Shown piece after piece: positions 1 through 10,900 of a DNA stretch of 64,000 nt (its first letter is position 1; each line of letters begins with the position of its first letter). Origin of the DNA: Piromyces finnis finn (taxonomy: Eukaryota > Fungi > Neocallimastigomycota); NCBI GenBank assembly GCA_002104945.1, contig MCFH01000012.1:248001-312000 (forward strand), given 5' to 3'. Made by a program: the position numbers and the translations under genes. The notes under the pieces were generated by a model. It was not told the DNA's origin and searched no databases. It saw nothing but the letters and a program-made list of their open reading frames with translations.

Positions 1-588
1 ATAAAATAAAATATGTTTTTTAAGAATTTTTTAATAACACTAACCTAATTAAAACTAAGCTAACGTAAGAACTAACTATAAAGCGTTAGTATTGTAAAAG
101 GTTTATTATAATATTAGTTAATAGGTTATTAAATTAGTTAATTAAGTTAGTTATTACCTCTCTATACGAGTTAATAACTAAATAAAGTTTTATAAAAAAT
201 AATAAAAGAAGGAAAATAAATATTATAACACTAAAATAAATATAAACACTTATATAAATATTTTATGAAATAACTTTTACTTAAATAATTATATTTTAAT
301 TATATCTTTTATTTATTAATTATAATTATCTACATTAATTATTATTATAGTTATTAATTTACTTTAATACTAACGCTAAAGTATTTAACGTTAGTTTTGA
401 CTATACTATTTAACTATATGAGTTTATTTTCTTTACCACTTGATTGGGTAAAGCAAATAAACTTCCTATTTAATTAATAACCATTAATATATGGTTATGC
501 ATATATTTGGCCAATAAATGGTGACCAGAATATATGGTTTCAATTGAAATATTTGTGGGCAAACTTATGGCCACAAATATTTCTTACA
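1..588 (-). mobile_element. LTR-like repeat family C (runs off the left edge of the window), inserted into the 5' LTR of element 1
   Basis: 1-545 is the reverse complement of ~30072-30609. On the minus strand it starts TGTAAG at 588 followed by a 13-bp hairpin (546-558/571-583). The other copy ends TTTACA at 30640. Confidence 0.75.
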
Positions 589-1012
589 ATCATAGAAATA
601 AAGAAATTGTCTTAGTGGTTAGTAACTAAGACTTTGGTCCGAATGTCTTGAGTTCGAGACTTCTAAATTACTTTTTTTTATTTTATTTTTATTTTAATTT
701 TTTATTTTGATTTTTTATCAACTCGAAATTCTTTGATTGGTTAAGAAATTTAAGTTGTAAAAAATCTTTTAGATTAATTTTAAAAATTTTTATATAAATA
801 CGAGTGGATTTTTCTAAATTTAAAAAAAAATTGAGTTTTTATTAATTAATAAATTATTGTTAAACACTAACCTATTAAGTTAAAATTTGTGTGTTTTTAA
901 TAATAATTTTAAATATTAATAATTAACAGTAAGATAAAAGTGTTTTATATTTACTAAGTTATTTTAGTAAATTGTTATAAATTTTTTATTGTTAAGAACA
1001 CATTTCTTTACA
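589..1012 (+). repeat. 5' LTR of element 1 (first ~8 bp displaced by LTR-C insertion)
   Basis: Near-identical to 13935-14354 and ends TTTACA. TATA-like TATATAAATA at 791-800. Confidence 0.85.
601..662 (+). promoter_or_regulatory. tRNA-like module (Pol III A-box/B-box) inside the element-1 LTR
   Basis: TAGTGGTTAG (613-622) and GAGTTCGAGAC (650-660) are spaced as in tRNA D and T loops (38 nt from AGTGG to GTTCG). Copies at ~13958-14010 and, diverged, ~42052-42105. No acceptor stem is seen. Confidence 0.55.
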
Positions 1013-1022
1013 ATAAAAACTC
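1013..1022 (+). promoter_or_regulatory. Self-priming (Tf1-type) primer binding site of element 1
   Basis: ATAAAAACTC immediately after the LTR is the exact complement of GAGTTTTTAT (833-842) inside the LTR, ~35 nt downstream of the TATA-like box. There is no TGG tRNA-type PBS. Confidence 0.7.
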
Positions 1023-1799
1023 CTTTATAATAATAGACTTAATACCTTAGTGTTAAAGAATTAGTTATAGATAAAACTTATGTTTTATTATTGAAGCTTT
1101 TCTTTTAAAACATATTAAAAAAAAATATATATATATATAATTAAAATATAAAATAATAAAATAGTTAAAATTTATTATAAAAACAAAACAGAGTATAGCT
1201 AGTAACAACACTTGAGTTGTGGAGGAGGCGCTCAAAGTTATTTTATAAAAATAAAAACTATAATTATTTTATAAATTTTAAATTATTTTTTATTTTTTTT
1301 TGGAACGAAGTTTTTAATAAAACACTTTATTTTTCAAGTTTTCTTGAAAATTAGATTTATTTAATAATATTTTAAAAATATTATATAATAAACTAATATT
1401 GACTTCCTACGCGTCAAAAGTTAGACTTTGATACCATAATACTTTTGCGTTTAGGTATAGTTGAAACACGGGGAAACTAATTTGTTCAATTCTTTCATAC
1501 TAACAAGAGTTAGCTATTATAAAGAATTAAACAATATTACTTCCTATTATCGAAAGATATTAACATTCGACTTTACCTACTTTATCGTAAAAGAGCTAAA
1601 GGAACTCTTAGATATTAATTTATAACAAATTATATATTTGGTGGTCTAACACTATATAATTTGGCATATATTTTTAAATTATTTTAGTTAATAAATATAA
1701 TTGAAGAAAACTTTTTTAATAAAACATCTTTATCTTTTTCTTTTACTTTTAATTCGTTCCATTAAAAAAAAAATATTTTTTATTGGAGGCTTTGTTTAA

Positions 1800-2055
1800 T
1801 TTAATATTGATAATTGAAATATTCTTTTCTTATCAATTTTGAGTTAAACAAATTATATTTCAGCAATAGACAGGCCTTATTGATTTATCAACAGGGGCAT
1901 ATTAGGGGTAATAGTAAGAACCTGAAGCGCGTGACGGAACTTAGATCGCGTGAATAGGGCGACGGAAACATCTATTATCGGACGAAAGACCCTTAATCAA
2001 TAGTCTATTAAATATAATTTGGTCGGTAACTCAATTTGATAATAACAATATTAAA
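1800..2055 (+). ncRNA. Candidate structured RNA motif, copy A (5' leader of element 1)
   Basis: Homologous to 55842-56091 while the flanks are unrelated. Several helices are kept by compensatory or consistent substitutions (see findings). Confidence 0.65.
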
Positions 2056-2143
2056 TTTTCTTTCTTTAATTTTCTTAAAAATATTATTTTCTTTGTATTC
2101 TAATTATAACTTAAATCAATTCAAAATTCATAATTCCAAGACA

Positions 2144-2174
<31 letters not shown>

Positions 2175-2277
2175 CAAGTATAATCTCAAGTTTAAGTGGT
2201 AGTCTAAGCTTCCTAAATCAATTAACAATAATCAAAAGTCAAAGTCAAATAATCTAAGCTTCTAATAATAAGTCAAA

Positions 2278-5200
2278 ATGGATGAAATTAATCAAAACAT
2301 CTTTGACAATGCTGCTCTGAAGGATGGATTTGCTGGGGATAAAAGATTTCTAAAAGGATTCCTGGCCAAGATAGAATTAGTATTTCTTCTTTACCCTGAG
2401 AGATACCAAAATGATGAAACGAAAATTTTATACATTATCTCTCGCTTGTATGGAAATGCCTTGAATTGGGCAGCTACCTTAATCGAAAATCATGATCAAT
2501 GCCTCCTAAACTACGATGCTTTTGTCAGTAGATTAAAAACCTTCTATGGGAACAATGATGAAGTTTTCTTTGCTAACCAAATGCTTAAGAGGGTTAGACA
2601 GAAGAATGTCGGCCGTGCCAACGATTACATCATGGAATTTAATAAATATGCAGATGTTTCCTCTTGGAATGAAGAAGCCAAGATGGATGCTTTTTTGGCA
2701 GGTTTGGTCGACCAAGTTGCTTCACGTATTATTGAGATGTTTCCCGGACCAAAGAATCTTTCTTCTATGCAAACTATTGCTTCTAGGATTGATTCAAGAC
2801 TCGCCGTTAACAAAAAATTCTTTGGTCATAGCAATTCTGAAAACTATAAATCTAGAAGAAATAATAATTTCCCGAAGAAAAGCAATAATAATTCTAATAA
2901 AAATAAGTTTCATGGACCTTTAAGCAAAGCTGAAAAGGACAGAAGAAGAAAAAATAACTTATGTATGTACTGTGGCTCTTCCGATCATTCACTTGATAAT
3001 TGTCCTTTAAAGCAAAAGAAGGATAAATCTTCGAATACTTCCTTTATGTCCATTCCAACTAAACCAATTCGTCCAAGTCAAAGAACTATTGAAAATTCAG
3101 ACTTTGCAAACTTCAAAATTTCCTTTGAAAATTCCGTCCAAATTCTTATTGATTCAGGTTCAAAACTTAATCTAATTGATCGTGCTTATTGTGAAGAGAA
3201 CTCCATCCCTTATTACGATCATTGTGATCTTCCAAAAATTATTGGCATTGGTGGTAATCAGGCAATTTTCGGTATAACTCCACCTCTCAATCTCAAATAT
3301 AAAGATCACGTTTGCAAAACTAACTTCTACGTCACAAACCTCCCAAGGTATTGTTGTATACTTGGTCTTGACTGGTTGATACTTCATAATCCAAGCATCG
3401 ATTTTTCAACAAAGGATATAACTTTCAATTCTAACTATTGTTATTCTCATTGTGTTTCTATTTCTGGTGATTCATTACACTCTTATTCTACATTTACTTC
3501 TAATGAAACTGCTTTTCCTATATTTTCAGTACAATCTCGTAATTCAATTGACCCTTCCTTGAATAATTCTAATACTCAAACAGCACTTCCTATTTTCGTT
3601 TCTTCTAATGAAGAACCCAAGAAATCCGTTAATTCTTTTGTTTCAATCTCGAATACTAGTGCTGATTCTATTAATTCTATATCCAATGACACCAATGTAG
3701 ATCAAAATCCCGACACTCTTAAATCTTCTACAAAATCTGTATTCCTACCTAAAGAACTTGATGAATTTCAAGATGTTTTTAATGAAATATCAGCTAATAA
3801 GCTACCTCCTCACCGTCCGTATGATTGCGAGATTAAACTAAAAGAAAATTCCAAACTTTTTTATGGCCCAATTTATCCTCTAACTGAAACTGAGTCTAAC
3901 GCTTTAGAGGAATATATCAAAGAAAACCTTAGTAAGGGCTTTATCAGAAAGTCTAAATCACCTGCCGGTGCTCCTGTTCTATTCGTCCCTAAGAAAAATG
4001 GTCAACTTCGGATGTGTGTTGACTATCGGCAATTAAATTCAATCACTATACGAGACTCTTATCCGCTTCCATTAATTCAAGATATGTTAGAACACCTCGG
4101 AAAAGGAAAAATATTTTCTAAATTGGATCTTCGTTCAGCTTATAACTTAGTCAGAATTAAAAGCGGTGACGAATACAAAACTGCTTTCACCTGTAAGCTG
4201 GGTCATTTCGAATATTGTGTCATGCCTTTTGGGTTGAAAAATGCTCCTGCGGTTTTTCAACATTTCATCAATGACGTTCTAGAAGAAGTTCTCGGAAAAT
4301 TTGCTTTCTCTTATATTGATGATATAATCATTTTTTCCCAAGATTACGAAAGCCATGTAAAACATGTTAAAACCGTCTTAAAACTCTTAAGATCTGCTGG
4401 CCTCTATGCAAAGCTCGAAAAATGTGAATTTTTCGTTCCGTTTATTGATTTTTTAGGTCATAGAATTTCCGCCGATGGTATCCATATGGATCCTAACAAA
4501 GTTTCTTCTATTTTAAATTGGCCTACACCCTCCAATGTTAAAGAAGTTCAATCTTTTCTTGGTCTCGCTAATTATTATAGACGATTTATTCCAAACTTCG
4601 CAAAAATTGCTCATCCATTACATAAACTCTTAAAGAAGAATGTTAAATTTTTATGGACCAATGAAGCACAAGTCGCTTTTGACACTCTTAAGTCACTATT
4701 TGTCTCTGCTCCTGTTCTTATTTTTCCTAATCGAGATCTACCATTTATTGTCGAGACCGACTCAAGTAATTTTGCTATAGGAGCAATCCTCTCTCAAGTT
4801 TCTCCTAGTGATAATATGACTCATCCGGTTGCTTTCTTTTCTCGTTCACTTACTGGTCCTGAACGAAATTATCCTATTTACGACAAAGAACTCCTCGCTA
4901 TTGTCGCAGCTCTGGAAACTTGGCGTCACCTTCTCAAAGGTTCTACTTCTACTTTTAAAATATACTCGGATCATAGAAATCTCCTTTACCAAAAGAAACC
5001 AGAAAAGATGTCTCAACGTCTTGTCCGCTGGGCTCTATTTCTTTCTGAATTTAACTTTGTTATTATTTACCGTTCTGGCTCTTCTAACGGTAAACCTGAT
5101 GCTCTTTCCCGTCGCTCTGATTATGCCGCTAATTCAAATCCTTCATCCGATATTCCTTTCAATGTTTTACGTCCTGAAAATTTTTGTGCTATTGTAACTT

Positions 5201-6633
5201 CAGTGTCTACCATAAGTGATTCTTTCCTCTCCGAATACAATAACGATGAACTCTATAATAAAATTTGTGATTACCTCGATTGTAGGAAGCCTCCAATTCC
5301 TCACCCCCAAATCGACAAATTTTCTCTAAGTAATAGCTTTCTCCTTTTTGCTGATCGCATTTACGTTCCTTCCAAATGCCGCCTCTCTATTCTTAAACTT
5401 TGTCATGATTCTCCTTCCGCTGGTCACTTTGGCATTAAAAGAACTATTTCTCTTATTTCTAGAGATTTTTGGTGGCCTTCACTTACAACCGATGTTAAAA
5501 ACTACGTTCGCTCTTGTGAAACCTGTTGCCGTTCAAAAAATTCCCATCATAAACCTTACGGTCTCCTTAACCCCCTTGAAATAGCCGATCGACCTTGGTC
5601 TTCTATTTCAATGGATTTTGTTACTGATCTTCCTTCTTCATCTGGTTACACTTGTATTCTGGTAACTATCGATCGTCTTACTAAAATGATTCATCTTATC
5701 CCATTTAAAGGTATTCCTTCTGCATCAGAAACAGCTTCCGCTTTCATTGATAATATATTTCGTCTTCATGGGTTACCTTCTTCTATTATAACTGATAGAG
5801 GTTCTCAATTTACCTCCAAATTTTTCCAATCTATTTGTTCTTCCCTTTTTATTGATCTTAAGTTTTCTTCTCCATTCCATCATCAATCAAATGGTCAGAC
5901 GGAGAGGGTAAACTCCGTTATTGAATAATACTTAAGATGCTTCTCAAACTATAAAGGGTCCGATTGGAAAAATTTTCTTAGTCTTGCTGAATTCAGTTAT
6001 AATAATTCAGTTCAAGAATCATCAAAAATTTCACCATTCTTTGCAAACTACGGTTTCCATCCAAGACATTCACCAATTATTCCAGACCAATCAAATGTTC
6101 CAAGAGCAGAAGAATATACAAAAGATTTTAAGTCCTTGATTAATACTCTTAAAGAAAACTTAAAAGCTGCTATCGAGTCCCAAAAGAAGTATGCTGATAA
6201 ACTCAGGAAAGACGCACCAAAATTCATTGTTGGAGATATGGTTTGGTTAGATAGTTCTTTAATTATACACAAAGGAAACAAAAAATTCAAACCAAGAAAA
6301 CTCGGTCCATTTAAAATTTCAAAGAAAATCTCTGATGTTTCATTTAAACTTAACCTTCCGAAGTCAATAAAAATACATCCTGTTGTCCACGTCTCCAATC
6401 TCGAACCATATTTCAAGGATAAATTCGAAAGATCACAACATCCACCGCCACCCATCATTGTTGACAACGAAGAAGAGTATGAAGTTGAAGAAATTCTAGA
6501 TAAAAGGAAACATTACGGAAAAACTCAATATTTGATAAAATGGAAAGGATACTCTATCAACGAGGCTTCATGGGAACCTGAAGAAAATCTCAATTGTGAA
6601 GAATTACTCAAGAAATTTAATGAAAACAAATGA
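2278..6633 (+). pseudogene. Ty3/Gypsy gag-pol (Gag, CCHC, protease, RT, RNase H, integrase, chromodomain) with one premature stop at 5926-5928
   Basis: CMYCGSSDHSLDNC; LIDSGS; YIDDIII; VETDSSNF; HDSPSAGH..CETC; after the TAA (IE*YLRC) the same frame continues to [12 protein letters not shown]...YLIKWKGY...SWEPEENL. Confidence 0.93.
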
Positions 6634-6780
6634 AATATCAAACCTTTAATTTATATTTATAATTGATTTTAATTTTTTTTTTGTAAATGAAAAAGAGAAG
6701 AGAGATTAAAAAATTAAATTATTTCTTAATTTTAGTTTAAGTATATTAAAATATATTTTCATGTAATTAAAATCTTATAA

Positions 6781-6813
<33 letters not shown>

Positions 6814-7707
6814 CACTCAATTAAATATTTAATAAATTAGTCTAGTTCTTTTCGATTCGTCTGGTATCCGAATCCTCGAGGAGTGTAAAATATTGTATTA
6901 GTTAAATGTATTAGTTAAATAATGTATTTAATACGTATGTAGAACAATGTATAATGTATTGAATTAATGTACCGTAAATTTTACAAAAATTTACATCACA
7001 ATACATTAACATAAATTTATGTAAATTTAATTTTATGATAAGATAAAGTTTTGATGATAAAATAAAATTTTAAAATTAAATAATTTTTAACCAATAAATA
7101 TTTGAGATAAGAAAAAATTTTTTTTTATAAACTAAGCCTCAAAATTAGAAATAAATAAATTAAATATATGTTTGAAATATAATCAACCATATAGTAAATA
7201 AATCAAAACTTTATTTTAAGTTTAGAAAATTCTTTAGTAAATAAATTGAATTTAAATAGTTTAATACAAATAATTTCTTTTAATAAATGTATAAATGTAA
7301 ACAATGTAAAATTATAATATTAAAACATGTATATTAGAATTAATTCAATTTATTTAAAAAGTATAAATAAAGAAAATTTCTCAACTATTGAAACGATAGT
7401 TGGAAAATAGTAATTAATTACAATTGTATAATTAGTATTAATAATATTAGATTATTAATAAAGTTTATAATAAAACATTTCTATTTAATTAAAAACTGAT
7501 TACCTAGCGAAGGCTCTGGTTAAATAACCTTCGTGGTAAAGTAATCAGCAGTTGTCATAGTTTCAAGGATAAATTTATTATTTAAATAAATAAAAAAGTA
7601 TTAAAAAATAAATTGGAATTTTTTTTGTTTTGTATTGTTGTTTTGTTAGCACAGACCTAAATCCAATAATTTAATTTAAAGGTTAGATTTAAATTAAATA
7701 TTTTACA

Positions 7708-7718
7708 ATTTTCCAACT
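7708..7718 (+). promoter_or_regulatory. Self-priming PBS of element 2
   Basis: ATTTTCCAACT directly after the LTR is the perfect 11-nt complement of AGTTGGAAAAT (7398-7408), ~35 nt downstream of TATAAAT. Confidence 0.8.
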
Positions 7719-7828
7719 TTTTAGAATAGTGGATTTACCTTTGTGTGGGAAATAAAAAAAAAAAAAAAAAAAAAAATTTAAATAGTGAGAATTTAATATT
7801 AGAATTAAATTCGGGGATATATATATGG

Positions 7829-7867
<39 letters not shown>

Positions 7868-7974
7868 GATTTTAGAATAGAAAGGAATTTGTAGGATTTG
7901 GATAATCGAGGATTAAAATTTTGGAAATAAGGAATAGTTTAGATTGTATTGTTTGGTGGATAATATATTTTAGT

Positions 7975-10900
7975 ATGAACGGGGAATATAGGTATATCGA
8001 CAACTGTAATGGTAATGGAGTAGCTGGAATCAGTGACGACGATTCTGAGGCTAGCTCCATGGAAATAGAACATGAGGATGGCGAAATCGTCAACGCCAGG
8101 GATAACCTCATACCAAGACCACCGAAGTTTTATGGAAAAAGGAATGAGTTAGCAAGTTTCTTTGCTAAACTCGAAAAATATTTCAAGTATAATCTAAGAC
8201 AGAATGCTACCGAAGCTTACAAGATTGATGTACTTAGTTGCTATTTAGAAGGACCCGCCGCCGAATGGTATGCCGACTTGGAGAAAGAAGAAAGCCCTTT
8301 AATAAAATCTTATGAAGACCTTAAAGCCGCAATGCAAGCAAGGTACCGAACGTGCACGAGTTCTGATGTGGCTAATAGAAGATTAACGAAGCTCAACTAC
8401 AAGCAATTCAAAAGTGTGATGGATTACTGCGACTGTTTCGAAAAAACCTCTAGGGACTCGTCTTTTGACGATGAAGCCAAGATACATTTCTTTGTAGAAG
8501 GATTGCCGCCGTCTGTTCAGGAGAAGACAAAACTAGTATATCCTAAGATAAGAAAGCTGTATGATCTAATCAATACTGTAGCTGCCAATATTGAGGAAGA
8601 CTGGAGAATCTACGGAAAGGACCCAATGAATATAGATGGAGAAAGAGGAAGAAGATATAACCGGAATCTAGGAAAGCGACTCTACCAAGGGAATTATGGG
8701 ATGAAATTCAACAACTACCGAGACTTTCATCACGAGGAAAAAGTACAAAAGACCAAGAAATACTTCATTTGTAAATCAACAGGACATTTGAAGAAGGATT
8801 GCCCAATGCTCAAAGATAAATTGGCAAACCGCCCAAAAGCATTCATGATCAAGGAAAACAGAAAACAGCACTTGTTGAATGTTTTCGATGTTGTACTTCA
8901 TGTCAATCGAGGAATCTCACTAAATGCGTTAGTTGACTCAGGATCCGACTTGGAATTCATGGATTGGAAAACGGTCAATAAATATAGAATACCAATCCAA
9001 AGAATGATGAAAGACAAGTTTGTGGAAGGACTGGGAGGAAATGGATTACTGAAGTATGAAACAATCCCGTTGATCATGTCTATCGGCAATCACAAGGAGT
9101 CTATTCAATTTTATATTACGACTCTACCTTCAGACGTATCACTTATTTTAGGAAATAAATGGCTAAGAAAACATGATCCGATTATCAGTTTTAAGAATCA
9201 AAAATTAGAGTTTAAGTCTGAATTTTGTAAGACGAATTGTTGCGCTACTGATGAAGAAATAAATGAAAGAATTGAACAAAATAAATTAAAAGAAGAGGAA
9301 GATAAAAGAAAGAGATTAGAGTTAGCTGAAGAAATTATTAATAATTATAAGAATAGTTTAGTTATTAGAGATAGTAAACTTAAAAATAAAGAAAATGTAT
9401 TAGTAATAGAAAAGAAAAAGAAAAAGTCATGTATAAATAAAAAATGTAAAACATCAAAATTAAATAAAATTCTTCATCAAAAATACTTAGTATGTTGTGC
9501 GATTACAAGTGATAATGATGGTACACCTGAAGTCCCAAATGAATACAAAGAATTTAAAAATGTATTTGATGAAATTGAGTGTAATGAGTTACCTCCTCAT
9601 CGAATATATGACTGTAAGATTAAATTAAAGGATGATAATGAATTATTTTATGGACCATTATATCCTCTAACCGAGGAAGAGAGGGAAACGTTAAAGGAAT
9701 ATTTAAAAGAAAATCTAGAAAAAGGATTCATAAGACCCTCAACTTCACCTGCTGGAGCACCTGTACTGTTCGTTAGGAAAAAGGATGGAACTTTAAGATT
9801 GTGTGTTGACTACCGAAGACTCAATGAAAACACAATTAGGGATTCATATCCGTTACCTCTTATATCCGAATTATTCGATAGGTTAAGAGAAGCTAAAATT
9901 TTTACTAAACTTGATCTCAAGTCTGCTTATAATCTAGTCCGAATAAATAAAGGCGATGAATATAAAACTGCATTTAGGACAAGATTCGGTCACTTTGAAT
10001 ATCTTGTCATGCCGTTCGGATTAAAAAACGCTCCTGCAACCTTCCAACATTTTATCAATGATGTCCTCGGGGAATATTTGGATGAATTCGCGTTTTCTTA
10101 TATTGATGATATTCTTATCTATTCAAAAGACTTAGAAGAACACCGAACTCACGTAAAGAAAGTCCTTAAAAAATTACAAGAAAATGGGTTATATGTAAAA
10201 TTAAGCAAATGCGAATTTGAAACGAATAAAACGTCATTTTTAGGTCACATAATTTCGGACAAGGGCATCTCCATGGATCCAAAGAAGGTAGAAGCAATTA
10301 TGAATTGGCCAATTCCAAAGACTGTAAAGGAAGTTCAATCATTTTTGGGTTTATGCAATTACTATAGAAGATTCATTCCGAACTTTGCAGAAATAGAGAA
10401 ACCTTTGCACAATCTAACAAAGAAAAATGTAGTTTTTGACTGGACTATAATTTGTAATAATGCTTTTGAGAAGTTAAAGCAGTGCTTCACTGAAGAACCA
10501 ATTTTAGTACATGCCGATCCAGAATTACCTTATATAGTGGAAACTGATGCTAGTGATTTTGCAATTGGTGCAGTATTATCTCAAAGATTAAACAATAAGG
10601 AACTACATCCAATTTGTTATTTTTCAAGAGGACTTACTAAGTCAGAAAAGAACTATCCGATCTACGATAAAGAATTATTAGCGGTTATATGTGCACTTAA
10701 AGAATGGAGACATTATTTGGAAGGAGCTAAGCATCAATTCACTGTGTTTACAGATCACAAGAATCTTACCTTTCCAAGAAAGCCTGAATTATTATCTCAA
10801 AGACAAATTCGATGGAATTTGTTCTTAACTCGTTACGACTTCAAACTCCAATACAGACCAGGAAAAGAGGGAGGAAAACCGGATTCATTTTCAAGAAGAC

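Noticed and set aside
601-675. Functional tRNA gene
   Set aside because: No acceptor stem, an inconsistent anticodon arm, and it is part of a repeated LTR.
1915-1995. Hammerhead or pistol ribozyme reading of the leader motif (CUGAAG..GAAA; UUAAG.CCU.AAGCG..GAUCA.GUG)
   Set aside because: The hammerhead needs CUGANGA and a stem III closing on UH, neither of which forms. The pistol P1 hairpin and P2 are absent in copy A.
5926-5928. RIP-like targeted mutation inferred from CAA>TAA stops and TGT>TAT LTR ends
   Set aside because: Too few events to see a dinucleotide bias by eye, and element 2 is untouched; it would need family alignments.
7756-7863. Poly(A) tracts in leaders as retroposed tails or IRES
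   Set aside because: Internal homopolymers are common in this AT-rich DNA and their lengths are error-prone; no TSDs.
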